The notes under the pieces were generated by a model that saw only the letters and a program-made list of their open reading frames with translations, was not told the origin of the DNA and searched no databases. This document shows, piece after piece, positions 36,239 to 45,467 of a stretch of DNA of 53,504 nucleotides; positions within the stretch are counted from its first letter, which is position 1; every line of letters starts with the position of its first letter. Both the position numbers and the translations under genes were made by a program. The DNA lies in NCBI GenBank assembly GCA_964420305.1, contig CAYQSS010000001.1:1-53504 (forward strand), given 5' to 3'. Origin of the DNA: an uncultured Candidatus Saccharibacteria bacterium. Lineage in GTDB: Bacteria; Patescibacteriota; Minisyncoccia; Minisyncoccales; PWPS01.

Positions 36239-36684
36239 TATTTTTCTTTAATAACTTTTACTTTTATTTTTGTTGCATCGGCATGTTTTAGCTTGATTTC
36301 AACAGTATGATCTCCCAACTCTTTTATTGGATTTTCCATAAATATCTGTTCTTTCGAGAGATGAAAGCCTTTTTTCTCTAATTTCTCTACAATTTTTTGT
36401 GCACTCACTGATTCAAAAAGTTCTTCTTTCTTGCCAACCTTAACTTCAATCTCTATTTCAATATCAGAGAGTTTTTTCAAAAGATCGTTTTCTTTTTTAA
36501 TTTCCTCTTCTTTACTTTTTAAATCTAATTTTTCTCTTTTTTTGGCAATTGCTATTTCGGTACCAGTAGCTATTTTAGCGAGGCCTTGCTTTAAAAGAAA
36601 GTTTCGTCCATATCCATTTGAAACTTCTTTTATTTCATTTGCTTTGCCGAAATTTTTAATATTTTTTAGAAGAACAACTTTCAT
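36238..36684 (-). CDS. rplI: 50S ribosomal protein L9
   Basis: 148 aa starting [36 protein letters not shown], followed by a long linker helix and a C-domain. Confidence 0.9.
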   Translation of the reverse strand: MKVVLLKNIKNFGKANEIKEVSNGYGRNFLLKQGLAKIATGTEIAIAKKREKLDLKSKEEEIKKENDLLKKLSDIEIEIEVKVGKKEELFESVSAQKIVEKLEKKGFHLSKEQIFMENPIKELGDHTVEIKLKHADATKIKVKVIKEK

Positions 36685-36696
36685 AAATTTAGGATT

Positions 36697-37872
36697 TTAC
36701 ATATTTTTAATAATCTTTATTGCTTCGTCAAGTTGTGGATCTACTTCATTTTGAATATCTTCTTCGGTAATTTCAATCTCAATGTCTGGGGTAATTCCTT
36801 CTTTATCTATTATTGTGCCATTTGGCGTTAAAAAGTATTTTTCTGTTATCTTAACCATTGATCCATCTGAAAGATCATGAATTCTCTGGATCGATCCTTT
36901 ACCGAAAGATTTTGTTCCAACGATAACCGACTCTCTCTGATCTCTTATTGCTCCAGCAACAATCTCAGAAGCAGATGCCGATCCTTCGTTAATTAAAATT
37001 ACAACTGGGTAGTCTAAAAAAATTGGAGGACCGCCTGTTGTTCTAAGAAGATTATCTTTTTCCCTTTCTGTAAGATTTGTTTCGATAACAACAACCTTTC
37101 CTTGTTCAATGAATTTACTAGAAATTGAGATTGCTGATCCAAAAAAACCACCAGGATTATTACGTAAATCAAGAATGATCTTTTTTGCCGGACTACTCAA
37201 TATTTCTCTTGATACTCTCGCAAAGTCGTTACTTATATTTTCGTGAAAATGGTAAAGCTCGATATAGGCAATATCGTCTTCAACAAGTTCCCAGTTAATT
37301 GAAGGAATTTTTATTGTATCACGAATGATAGTAAATTCTTTAACGTCTCCTTCTCGAAAAACTTCTAAAATAACTGTTTCTCCTTTTGGACCTCTTATTT
37401 TTTGCACTGCCTCCTCAATTGAAATATCTTCGGTTGTTTCATCGTCAATAGAAAGAATTATATCACCAGATTTCATTCCCGCCTTGTATGCAGGAGTGTC
37501 TTTGAGAGGTGCGATAACTTGTAACCCTCCCTTTCTTATTCCTATTTCAATCCCCACTCCTTCAAACTCTCCAGAAACGTCTTCAAGAAATATCTTACTT
37601 CTTTCAGGATCAAAAAAGGTTGTGTGAGGATCATCAAGTGCACTTATAAGACCCCTAACAATACCATACATTAGCTCCTTATCATCAACACTATCAAAAT
37701 CTGGAAAATTATTTTCTAACAAGTGATAGACCTCTCCGAAAAAAGAAAAATCTAAATCTTCGGAAGGATTGATAAAAACCTTTTCACCTTTACCAAAATA
37801 AAATCCGGTTGCAAACAAGAGTGCTCCGGAAATAATAAATAATAAAAACTTTAGTACGTTTCTAGATTTCAT
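36697..37872 (-). CDS. ctpA: Carboxy-terminal processing protease (S41) with a PDZ domain
   Basis: It has a PDZ domain (GVGIEI...PAYKAGMKSGDIILSID) and an S41 core (GSASASEI, FGKGS). The track ORF begins at TTG 37908, but that TTG is the -35 of a good promoter. ATG 37872 (MKSRNVLKF.. signal anchor) is preferred. Confidence 0.85.
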   Translation of the reverse strand: MKSRNVLKFLLFIISGALLFATGFYFGKGEKVFINPSEDLDFSFFGEVYHLLENNFPDFDSVDDKELMYGIVRGLISALDDPHTTFFDPERSKIFLEDVSGEFEGVGIEIGIRKGGLQVIAPLKDTPAYKAGMKSGDIILSIDDETTEDISIEEAVQKIRGPKGETVILEVFREGDVKEFTIIRDTIKIPSINWELVEDDIAYIELYHFHENISNDFARVSREILSSPAKKIILDLRNNPGGFFGSAISISSKFIEQGKVVVIETNLTEREKDNLLRTTGGPPIFLDYPVVILINEGSASASEIVAGAIRDQRESVIVGTKSFGKGSIQRIHDLSDGSMVKITEKYFLTPNGTIIDKEGITPDIEIEITEEDIQNEVDPQLDEAIKIIKNM

Positions 37873-37879
37873 CAAAAGT

Positions 37880-37908
37880 AATATATCATAAAAAAAAATT
37901 ACTGACAA
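37880..37908 (-). promoter_or_regulatory. Promoter of ctpA (near-leaderless)
   Basis: Minus-strand reading is TTGTCA-17 nt-(TGa)TATATT-acttttg-ATG, with 7 nt between the -10 hexamer and ATG 37872. Confidence 0.45.
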
Positions 37909-37910
37909 AT

Positions 37911-37940
37911 AAAAGAAAGACGCCCGAAAAGAGCGTCTCT
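37911..37940 (-). terminator. Rho-independent terminator after the lipoprotein gene
   Basis: Minus-strand RNA is AGAGACGC-ucuuuucgg-GCGUCUUU, followed by CUUUU. Confidence 0.55.
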
Positions 37941-37958
37941 TGTTGTTGCAACGCAGTC

Positions 37959-38378
37959 TTATTCAATTACAACAACGTAGTTTTCTTTGGTTCTTTCAAA
38001 TGTTCGTACAAACTTGGGTCCGTCTTTGTGTTCGGTGAAAAAATACTCTTCTAAATCATCTCTTATCTCCTCGTAAGGAGGGAGATATTCTCCGAGTTCT
38101 TTTTTCTTTTCTAAGATAATAATGTATCCTGCTTGTAATTCTTTCTCCAGCAGGTGTTCGAACACAACCTCCTCATTTGTTTTTTCGATCAAATCTTCGT
38201 CCTCTTCTAGCGTCTTAGCGACTTCTTTCTTTAAAGCTTCAAAGTACTCTTCAGAGACAGTGATTACCTCTTTTTCGGTAACCACTTTCTCTTGCATCCA
38301 CTCTTCTTCGGTTATATCAGCGCAACCAAAACAACAGAAGAAAAGGATAAAAAGAACCAAGAAAAAAATCTTTTTCAT
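37959..38378 (-). CDS. Putative lipoprotein, hypothetical
   Basis: 139 aa with a signal peptide ending in the lipobox-like CCFGC. The mature part is acidic. A strong SD (AAAGGAGGG) lies 6 nt upstream of the ATG. Confidence 0.6.
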   Translation of the reverse strand: MKKIFFLVLFILFFCCFGCADITEEEWMQEKVVTEKEVITVSEEYFEALKKEVAKTLEEDEDLIEKTNEEVVFEHLLEKELQAGYIIILEKKKELGEYLPPYEEIRDDLEEYFFTEHKDGPKFVRTFERTKENYVVVIE

Positions 38379-38415
38379 CGTAAACCCTCCTTTTAAATAA
38401 TGTACAAACTATATT

Positions 38416-38444
38416 ATTAAAACATAAAAATGAAAATATGTCAA
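38416..38444 (-). promoter_or_regulatory. Sigma-70-type promoter of the lipoprotein gene
   Basis: Minus-strand reading is TTGACA-17 nt-(TGt)TTTAAT, followed by a leader that contains GGAGG. Confidence 0.35.
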
Positions 38445-38453
38445 AAGAGCTAT

Positions 38454-39059
38454 CTATTTCCAGCTTATTTTATATAAATGAAAAGGATCACCATGATAAA
38501 TACACTTTTCTTCTTCAACGGTAATATTCTTTTCTTTTAGGACATAACTAAAAAGTCCTTTATAATAACCTCTTTGGTAAGAGCAGGTAAAAGGGTGAAT
38601 ATCATAGTCAGTAATTTTTATAAAAACATGTTTTTTCTCTTTATCATAATCAACTACCTCAAGATTCCCAAAATCAACATGTTTTTTCCAGATTTTTGGA
38701 GCCTCTCTTAAAAGAACGTCCATTGAGATAAAGTAACGAAGAAGAATTCTTGTAGCGATAAAGGAATACTTTGTAACTCTTTCCCCCATTCTAAAAAACT
38801 CGTCTCCGTTCCAACCGAAAAATTTATTTAAAAGATAAAGAAATAATCCACAAAACGCGTCCTTATACCAATCCATTTCTTTAATTTCTGAAAACTTTAG
38901 AGGATATCCACACTCTGCAAGCAAGCTTTCCATTTTCTGAACTCCGCTGTCCCCTTCTTTTTCTCTGATATATAGGAAGTGATCACGTAAGATATCACCT
39001 CTTACGTTACCACTTTTTTTCATTATTTTATTAACTTCTTCTTGAATATTGTTTTCCAT
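38454..39059 (-). CDS. Hypothetical protein; possible V4R/DUF2378-like ligand-binding fold
   Basis: 201 aa. The C-terminal EEEKCIYHGDPFHLYKISW resembles the E.kC...Gd..C.f.i.W end of 4-vinyl-reductase-type domains. The assignment is weak. Confidence 0.5.
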   Translation of the reverse strand: MENNIQEEVNKIMKKSGNVRGDILRDHFLYIREKEGDSGVQKMESLLAECGYPLKFSEIKEMDWYKDAFCGLFLYLLNKFFGWNGDEFFRMGERVTKYSFIATRILLRYFISMDVLLREAPKIWKKHVDFGNLEVVDYDKEKKHVFIKITDYDIHPFTCSYQRGYYKGLFSYVLKEKNITVEEEKCIYHGDPFHLYKISWK

Positions 39060-39098
39060 TTTTTTCCTTTTTATTTTTTTCTACTAATTTAGTTTAAC

Positions 39099-39132
39099 AT
39101 AAAATAAAAATCCAAGAAATAGTCTTGGATTT
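39099..39132 (-). terminator. Rho-independent terminator after tRNA-Lys
   Basis: Minus-strand RNA is AAAUCCAAGA-cuauu-UCUUGGAUUU, followed by UUAUUUUAU: a perfect 10-bp stem. Confidence 0.7.
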
Positions 39133-39137
39133 AATAG

Positions 39138-39211
39138 TGCCCCCGGTAGGATTCGAACCTACGACACTCGGCTTAAAAGGCCGCTGCTCTGCCAGGCTGA
39201 GCTACAGGGGC
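39138..39211 (-). tRNA. tRNA-Lys (anticodon UUU)
   Basis: The reverse complement folds as a cloverleaf: GCCCCTG TA GCTC AGCCTGGCA GAGC A GCGGC CTTTTAA GCCGA GTGTC GTAGG TTCGAAT CCTAC CGGGGGC A. It has a 7-bp acceptor stem, a TTCGAAT T-loop and anticodon TTT. CCA is not encoded. Confidence 0.9.
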
Positions 39212-39223
39212 AAATACAAATGT

Positions 39224-39251
39224 ATTTTACTTATTTTTCTAATAAAGTCAA
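39224..39251 (-). promoter_or_regulatory. Possible promoter of tRNA-Lys
   Basis: Minus-strand reading is TTGACT-16 nt-TAAAAT, ending 12 nt upstream of the tRNA 5' end and just after the dnaJ stop. Confidence 0.4.
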
Positions 39252-39253
39252 AA

Positions 39254-40294
39254 TCACAATCCTTCTTTTTTTAGTTCCTCAAAAATATCCTTTTGCCTCT
39301 TATTTATCTTCTGTGGAATTACTACTTCAACCACGATATACAGATCTCCTTGGCCGTAACCAGAAACCTTAGGAACTCCCTTGGAAGAAACTCGAAAAAC
39401 TTTTCCCGAATTTGTTCCCGAAGGAATTTTAAGTGCTATTTTCTTTTTGTTTAGAAGCTGTATATCGATCTTATCACCGAGAACGGCTTGAGAAAGATTA
39501 ATTTTAGTTTTGTAATATAGGTCATCACCTTTTCTTTCAAACTTTGTATTGTTATTTACAACTATATCTATCAAAAGATCTCCAGAAGGAGTTCCTTTCC
39601 GTCCATAATTTCCTTCTCCTTCTATTCTCAAAGTTTGTCCAGATTGAATTCCTGCCGGGATGGTAAATTTAACTTCTTTTTTTTCTTTAACTCTTCCCTC
39701 TCCGGAGCATTTTGTACACTTTTTCTCTGGTATTTCTCCCTCTCCGTCACACTCCGGACATGTTGTTATTTGAGCAAAAGGACCCAGGGCCGTTCTAACT
39801 TTTCCAGAGCCGTTACAAGTTGTACATTTTTTTACTTTTGTGTCTGGAGAGTGCCCCTTACCGCTACAAGTTGAGCAAACTACCATTTTTTCAATCCACA
39901 CTGACCTTTCTTGGTTTTCAAAGATATTTTCAAGATTTGTATCAATTTGTATTCTGATGTCTTCCCCTCTCTTTGTTTTTCTTCTTTTACCTCGTGAAAA
40001 ACCAAAAAAATCTTCGAAGATGTCTCCAAAATCAAAATCAACATGTGAAAAACCATCAAAGCCACTATATGAGGAACTACTTCCGGCACTAGGTCCTGAT
40101 TTTCCGAACATATCATACTGTTCTCTCTTTTTATCGTTAGAGAGAACATGATAAGCCTCACTTATCTTTTTAAATGTTTTTTCATCTCCACCTTTATCAG
40201 GATGATGTTTGTGAGCAAGCTTGCGATATGCTTTTTTTATTTCATCTTTTGAGGCGTTTTTCGAAATACCAAGAATCTTATAATAGTCTTCCAT
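39254..40294 (-). CDS. dnaJ: Molecular chaperone DnaJ
   Basis: 346 aa with a J-domain ([31 protein letters not shown]), a G/F-rich region and four CxxCxGxG zinc-finger repeats. Confidence 0.95.
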   Translation of the reverse strand: MEDYYKILGISKNASKDEIKKAYRKLAHKHHPDKGGDEKTFKKISEAYHVLSNDKKREQYDMFGKSGPSAGSSSSYSGFDGFSHVDFDFGDIFEDFFGFSRGKRRKTKRGEDIRIQIDTNLENIFENQERSVWIEKMVVCSTCSGKGHSPDTKVKKCTTCNGSGKVRTALGPFAQITTCPECDGEGEIPEKKCTKCSGEGRVKEKKEVKFTIPAGIQSGQTLRIEGEGNYGRKGTPSGDLLIDIVVNNNTKFERKGDDLYYKTKINLSQAVLGDKIDIQLLNKKKIALKIPSGTNSGKVFRVSSKGVPKVSGYGQGDLYIVVEVVIPQKINKRQKDIFEELKKEGL

Positions 40295-40307
40295 GCAATT
40301 TTAGGGT

Positions 40308-42191
40308 TTAGTTTTCGTTTTTCTCTTCGTACTCTCCTTCCTGCGGTTCATTATTGTCTTTATTCTCTGTTTTATTTTCTTGTTGTGCTTTTTCATGTAT
40401 TTCTTTTCCTGTCTCTTGCATAATAGAGCTTAGAGTATCAAATTTTTCTTTAATTTTTGAGTAATCTTCTTCTTTTTGTACTTCTCTTAGCTCTTTTAGT
40501 GCATTTTCTAACTTTTCTTTATTTTCTGAACTAATCTTATCTTCTGAATCTTTAATCATCTTCTCTGTGCTGTAAATAATCTGATCAGATTGATTTTTTA
40601 TATCAATTAACTTTTCTTTTTCTTTGTCAGTCTCTCTATATTCTTCTGCTTCTTTTTTCATTCTTTCAACTTCTTCATCTGATATTCCACAGGTACCTTC
40701 GATACGAATTGATTGTGATTTACCGGTACTTTTGTCTTTTGCAGAAACACTAAGTATTCCGTTGGTATCAATGTCAAAAGAAACTTCAACTTGAGGAACA
40801 CCGCGAGGCGCAGGTGGAATACCATCTAAAATAAACTGTCCTAAAGATTTGTTGTCTTGTGCCATTGTTCTTTCTCCTTGTAACACATGAATCTGAACAG
40901 AACTTTGATTATCAGTTGCTGTTGAAAAAGTTTCTGTTTTTTGAGTGGGAACGGTAGTATTTTTATCAATTAGTACTGTATTTTTTCCTCCCAGTGTTTC
41001 AATCCCCAGAGAAAGTGGAATTACATCTAAGAGCAAAACATCTTTTACGTCTCCACCTAGTATTCCACCTTGAATTGCAGCACCGATTGCAACAACTTCA
41101 TCTGGGTTAATCTCTTTGTTTGGTTCTTTTTTAAAAAGTTCTTTTACTCTTTCCTGTATTTTTGGCATTCTTGTTTGCCCTCCAACTAAGACTACTTCTT
41201 CGATCTCTTCGACCTTAATTCCTGATTCTTCAACAACCTTTGTGGCAAGACTTATAGAGCGCTCAATAAGATCTTCAACTAGCGACTCTAATTTTGCCCT
41301 AGTTAGGGTGTAGTTTAAGTGTTTCGGACCAGATTCATCAGAAGTAATAAAGGGAATGTTAATGTCAGTTTGCATTGTCGTAGAAAGCTCTTTTTTTGCC
41401 TTTTCCGACTCTTCTTTTAGTCTTTGTAGTGCAAGAGGGTCTTTAGATAAATCAAGGCCGTAATCGGATTTAAAGCTATCTATAAGCCAATTTACAATAC
41501 GGTTATCAAAGTCTTCTCCTCCTAAATAACTGTCTCCGCCCGTTCCTTTAACCTCAATCGTGTCATCTCCTACGTCTAAGATGGATATATCAAAGGTTCC
41601 TCCACCAAAATCGTAAACAACAATCTGATGATCTTTCTTTTTACTTAGTCCGTAAGCAAGAGCTGCTGCAGTCGGTTCATTGATAACTCGGCGAACATTA
41701 AATCCTGCAATCTCCCCTGCTACCTTTGTTTCTTTTCTCTGTGCGTCATCAAAGTATGCTGGACAGGTAATAATAGCATCAGTTATTGTTTCTCCAGTTT
41801 TCTCTTCAGCATCTTTTTTTAATTTTTGAAGAATCATTGCGGAAATCTCTGCTGGCTTATACCATTTATCACCAAGTTTAACCTCTACTCCTTCTCCTTT
41901 CTCTTCTTTTCTAATTTCATAAGGAAGAGATTTTTTACTTTCTTGTATTTCTTTGTCATCGTATCTTCGGCCAATAAGCCTTTTTACCGCAAAAACAGTA
42001 TTTTCTGGATTTGTTACTTGTTGTCTTCTAGCAATTGTTCCAATTAATCTTTCTCCTTTTTTACTGACCGCAATAACTGAAGGAGTTGTTCTTGCACCTT
42101 CTTTATTCTCAATAATTTTTGGTTCACCACCTTCTACAATAGCCATTGCAGAAAAAGTAGTTCCGAGATCTATTCCTATTATTTTACTCAT
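40308..42191 (-). CDS. dnaK: Molecular chaperone DnaK (Hsp70)
   Basis: 627 aa with [19 protein letters not shown] and [10 protein letters not shown]. Confidence 0.95.
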   Translation of the reverse strand: MSKIIGIDLGTTFSAMAIVEGGEPKIIENKEGARTTPSVIAVSKKGERLIGTIARRQQVTNPENTVFAVKRLIGRRYDDKEIQESKKSLPYEIRKEEKGEGVEVKLGDKWYKPAEISAMILQKLKKDAEEKTGETITDAIITCPAYFDDAQRKETKVAGEIAGFNVRRVINEPTAAALAYGLSKKKDHQIVVYDFGGGTFDISILDVGDDTIEVKGTGGDSYLGGEDFDNRIVNWLIDSFKSDYGLDLSKDPLALQRLKEESEKAKKELSTTMQTDINIPFITSDESGPKHLNYTLTRAKLESLVEDLIERSISLATKVVEESGIKVEEIEEVVLVGGQTRMPKIQERVKELFKKEPNKEINPDEVVAIGAAIQGGILGGDVKDVLLLDVIPLSLGIETLGGKNTVLIDKNTTVPTQKTETFSTATDNQSSVQIHVLQGERTMAQDNKSLGQFILDGIPPAPRGVPQVEVSFDIDTNGILSVSAKDKSTGKSQSIRIEGTCGISDEEVERMKKEAEEYRETDKEKEKLIDIKNQSDQIIYSTEKMIKDSEDKISSENKEKLENALKELREVQKEEDYSKIKEKFDTLSSIMQETGKEIHEKAQQENKTENKDNNEPQEGEYEEKNEN

Positions 42192-42225
42192 TTTTTATTT
42201 CATTACTGATTAATAATATAACCTT

Positions 42226-42681
42226 TTATTTAATTACTTTTACTTTGGCTGGACGAATTACCTCTCCTTGGAAAAAATATCCTTTTTGCAATTCTTCAAC
42301 AATTTTTCCAGAATCCTCTTCTTCTCCTTCAATTACCTCTACTGCTTCATGTAAAAAAGGATCGAACTCTTCGTTTAAAACATTCATCTCTTCAACCCCC
42401 TCAGCACTTAAAAAGTTCATTAAAAGTTCTTTAATTTTTAAAAACCCTTCAATAAACTCGTTACTTTCATTTCTTTTTCTAGCCTCCTTTTCTGCACACT
42501 CAAAGTTATCTAATATATGAAGAAATTTTTTAAAAAGATCTTCTTTTTCTTTTTTAACAAACCCTTCAATTCTCTTGTATTCATCTTTTTTGTAGTTTAA
42601 AAGTTCTGCTTTCGCCCTTTTCCATCCTTCAAGATATTCTTCTCGTTCTTTTTTCAAAATCTCTAATTCTTTTTTCTTCAT
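42226..42681 (-). CDS. grpE: Nucleotide exchange factor GrpE
   Basis: 151 aa with a coiled-coil N-terminus (R..AE..NY+K) and a C-terminal beta domain ending VIRPAKV.V. It lies between hrcA and dnaK. Confidence 0.85.
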   Translation of the reverse strand: MKKKELEILKKEREEYLEGWKRAKAELLNYKKDEYKRIEGFVKKEKEDLFKKFLHILDNFECAEKEARKRNESNEFIEGFLKIKELLMNFLSAEGVEEMNVLNEEFDPFLHEAVEVIEGEEEDSGKIVEELQKGYFFQGEVIRPAKVKVIK

Positions 42682-42683
42682 TT

Positions 42684-43403
42684 TTATTTTTCTAACATTT
42701 TTATAATCGATTCAATAAGGTAGATGTTTTTATCGTATGCCATTCTTTTTGGTCCTAAGATCGCCAGCATGCCCTTTTTCCTCATTATTTTACAAGGAGC
42801 AACAAGAACACTAAAATCATGTTTTTTTAGAAAAGGCGCTTCGTTTCCGATATATACCCGGAGACAGTTTTCTTTTTTCTCAACAAGGAAAGAATCAATA
42901 TTTTCCTCAAAATCACTAACCATGCCGATGAAACTTCTAACCTTTTCTACATCATTAAATTCTGGATCTTCGAGAACTTCTTTCCACCCCTCTTTAAGAA
43001 GAATGTTTTCTTTTGGGAAATAAGAAAGAGTCAAATTTGAAGAAGTGTGTGCCAAGAATCTTGTAAACTCACGCATAAAAACAATCTTTCCCTCTATTTC
43101 GTCTCTCATTTTTTGGACCTCTCTTACAATCTTATTTTCCAGCCGTTTTATTTCTTTTTCATTTAAAAGATCAACAAAAAAACGATACCCTTTATCGGTC
43201 GGAACTCGCCCAGAAGAAGTATGTGGTTGATAGAGATATCCTTTTTCAATTAGAGCAAAAAGTTCTGCTCTAATTGTTGCAGGAGAAACCCCTAAATCAT
43301 ATCCTTCTTCAATGTATTTTGAGCTTATCGGCAGAGCATTTTCAATATATTCTCTGATAACAATCTCTAAAATGCTTTTTTGTCTTTCAGTAAGTTCCGT
43401 CAT
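42684..43403 (-). CDS. hrcA: Heat-inducible transcription repressor HrcA (short form)
   Basis: 239 aa. The N-terminal winged helix is LTERQKSILEIVIREYIENALPISSKYI...GVSPATIRAELFALIEKGYLYQPHTSSGRVPTDKGYRFFVD. A CIRCE operator lies just upstream. Confidence 0.85.
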   Translation of the reverse strand: MTELTERQKSILEIVIREYIENALPISSKYIEEGYDLGVSPATIRAELFALIEKGYLYQPHTSSGRVPTDKGYRFFVDLLNEKEIKRLENKIVREVQKMRDEIEGKIVFMREFTRFLAHTSSNLTLSYFPKENILLKEGWKEVLEDPEFNDVEKVRSFIGMVSDFEENIDSFLVEKKENCLRVYIGNEAPFLKKHDFSVLVAPCKIMRKKGMLAILGPKRMAYDKNIYLIESIIKMLEK

Positions 43404-43409
43404 TCTCTA

Positions 43410-43438
43410 ATGATAAAAAATTAGCAATCTTTTGTCAA
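43410..43438 (-). promoter_or_regulatory. Promoter of the hrcA-grpE-dnaK-dnaJ operon (predicts a leaderless mRNA)
   Basis: Minus-strand reading is TTGACA-17 nt-TATCAT-tagaga-ATG. The -35 lies in the spacer of the CIRCE palindrome. There are 6 nt between the -10 hexamer and ATG 43403. Confidence 0.5.
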
Positions 43439-43447
43439 GAGTGCTAA
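43421..43447 (-). promoter_or_regulatory. CIRCE operator (HrcA binding site)
   Basis: Minus-strand reading is TTAGCACTC-TTGACAAAA-GATTGCTAA, against the consensus TTAGCACTC-N9-GAGTGCTAA. That is 17/18 arm positions with a 9-nt spacer. Confidence 0.85.
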
Positions 43448-43450
43448 TTA

Positions 43451-44224
43451 TTATTTATAATAGATTCTGTCACCAAATCGTAGGTCAATATAATCTATTT
43501 CCTTTTTTGCTTCTGAAGAAAACTTCTCTAGAATAAGTTTTAGGTTTTTTAATTCTTCTACATACTTCTCGTTTGAAAAGAAAATACTCCACCTATCTTG
43601 AAGTACTACTTCGAGACTATTTTTTTTTGAGAAGGTAAAATAATCAACAGCCAAATCGATTTTTTCAAGTTCTTTTTTTAAGTAGAAAATTTGTTGGAGG
43701 TCTTTCGATGCGACTACTTTTTCTCCTATCAGGAAATTATTTTCATTAATAATAATAATATTTTTTTCTATCAGAGGACTTTTTTGAAAAACAATCCCCT
43801 CTTTATCGATATAATAACAATTATTTTTAGTCTTACAAAGAAACGCAATTGGGACTCTTTCGATAAGATTAACTTTTAACTTAGAAGGGAATATCTTTTT
43901 GATTTCAATGTCTTTAATTACTGATGTTTGCGAAAGAACACTACTTCTTATCTTGTTAGTAGAAAGAGGAATAATACTTTTTGAAGAAAACAAAAGAACT
44001 TTCTGAGTTATAATTTGATCAAAATAATCAATTAAATCTTCTTTATCAAGTGTAAAAGAATTCTCTATTTCAATCGAATTTACTTGGAAAAAAGAGTGGA
44101 AAAAAAGAAGATAAACACTTCCAATAATCAAGAAGGAAAAAACAAGCAATCCAAAAAAAAGATTATTTTCAAATAAGCATTTTTTCTTTCTTACGCAATA
44201 TTTTTTTCTAATTCTTTTTGTCAT
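43451..44224 (-). CDS. ftsQ: Cell division protein FtsQ/DivIB
   Basis: 257 aa with a basic N-terminus, one TM helix and a POTRA-like segment (VNSIEIENSFTLDKEDL). It sits after murF in a dcw context. Confidence 0.7.
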   Translation of the reverse strand: MTKRIRKKYCVRKKKCLFENNLFFGLLVFSFLIIGSVYLLFFHSFFQVNSIEIENSFTLDKEDLIDYFDQIITQKVLLFSSKSIIPLSTNKIRSSVLSQTSVIKDIEIKKIFPSKLKVNLIERVPIAFLCKTKNNCYYIDKEGIVFQKSPLIEKNIIIINENNFLIGEKVVASKDLQQIFYLKKELEKIDLAVDYFTFSKKNSLEVVLQDRWSIFFSNEKYVEELKNLKLILEKFSSEAKKEIDYIDLRFGDRIYYK

Positions 44225-45467
44225 TTTTCCAGCGATAATCTTGTCTTACAAGTAGTTCTTCTGCTCTTTCTGGGTCACGCATAAGTGAGAAGACAATTTT
44301 TTCAGTTCTTATGCTTTGTGATCCTTTAACCAAAATGATGTCTTTTTCTTTAATGATCTTGTCAATTATATTAATTGCACCATTAATGTCACTAAAGGCG
44401 AAAACAGTCTTTTTGTTTTTTATTGCTACTCTTTTTACTTCTTCGCTAAACGAACCGATTGCAATAATAATATCTGCAACCTCTGCTGCCAATCTACCAA
44501 TTTTTCTGTGTTCTTCTAAAGAAAACTTCCCAAGCTCCAGCATTTCACCAAGTACCGCAATTTTCCTTTCCCCACTGATGCTTTGAAGCGCTTTTAATGC
44601 AGAAACCATGGAAGATGGGGAGGCGTTATAACTTCCGTCTAGAATAACAGTATTTTTGATTCCTTTTATTGCTACAAGTCTTCCTTTTGCGGGCCTAATT
44701 TTTTCAATCATTTTTGGAATTTTCTGTGAATCAATTCCTAAAACAATTCCGACTGCAAAGATAGAAGCTGCAATGTAGGCGAAAGAATCTCCGATACAGC
44801 AAGATAAAAAAAGTGGGAAATCTTCTCCCTTATAACTTAGCACTAAAGAAGATCCGTTTATCGATGTTGTCTTAAAATCTTTAATTAAAACATCAGCGCC
44901 TTCCTTAAAACCAAAAGTGAGAGTACGTCTATCGGTCTTCATTTTAGAAACATAAGGGTCATCAGCATTTAAAATTGCTACTCCTCCGTACTGGAGAGCC
45001 TTTACTATTTTTTCTTTTTCGTTTGCAACTTCTTGCGGGGTTTTGTAAAACTCGATATGAACAGGTATCTCTCCAACCGCAGTTACAACAGAGATGTTAG
45101 GTTTTATGAACTTTGAAAAATAACCCATATCTCCCGGTTTGTCTGCAGCAAGTTCTACAACAACTATTTTTGGATAGTTTTTGTCTTTCTTAACTAGAAG
45201 CCATAACCCTTTTAAGATAATTGAAAGCCACTCTTTTGTATTAGTACCGCTTTTATTGGTTCTTAGAAATACAAGTGGCGCACCAAATTCAGTATTTAGA
45301 TTTCCAAAACTTTTTTTAATCTGTAGCAGATCAGAAAAAGCAGTATAGATACCATCTTTTGTAGATGTTTTCCCTACACTTCCGGTAACAGCAATAATAA
45401 AAGGGTTATACCTTTTTATAATTAAAGAAGCAGTTATTTTCAGTAAAAATTGGAGTATTTTTTTCAT
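44208..45467 (-). CDS. murF: UDP-N-acetylmuramoyl-tripeptide--D-alanyl-D-alanine ligase
   Basis: 419 aa with the P-loop VTGSVGKTSTKD, DGSYNASP and the Mur ligase C-domain. Confidence 0.85.
   Translation of the reverse strand: MKKILQFLLKITASLIIKRYNPFIIAVTGSVGKTSTKDGIYTAFSDLLQIKKSFGNLNTEFGAPLVFLRTNKSGTNTKEWLSIILKGLWLLVKKDKNYPKIVVVELAADKPGDMGYFSKFIKPNISVVTAVGEIPVHIEFYKTPQEVANEKEKIVKALQYGGVAILNADDPYVSKMKTDRRTLTFGFKEGADVLIKDFKTTSINGSSLVLSYKGEDFPLFLSCCIGDSFAYIAASIFAVGIVLGIDSQKIPKMIEKIRPAKGRLVAIKGIKNTVILDGSYNASPSSMVSALKALQSISGERKIAVLGEMLELGKFSLEEHRKIGRLAAEVADIIIAIGSFSEEVKRVAIKNKKTVFAFSDINGAINIIDKIIKEKDIILVKGSQSIRTEKIVFSLMRDPERAEELLVRQDYRWKNDKKN

Noticed and set aside
37873-37908. An N-terminal extension of ctpA from TTG 37908. 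The same issue affects gdh from 6639, murD from 27744, the response regulator from 25398 and udg from 13974.
   Set aside because: The extensions overlap upstream genes or promoter elements and encode implausible peptides. Downstream ATGs with the genome-typical A-rich context give N-termini that match the protein families.
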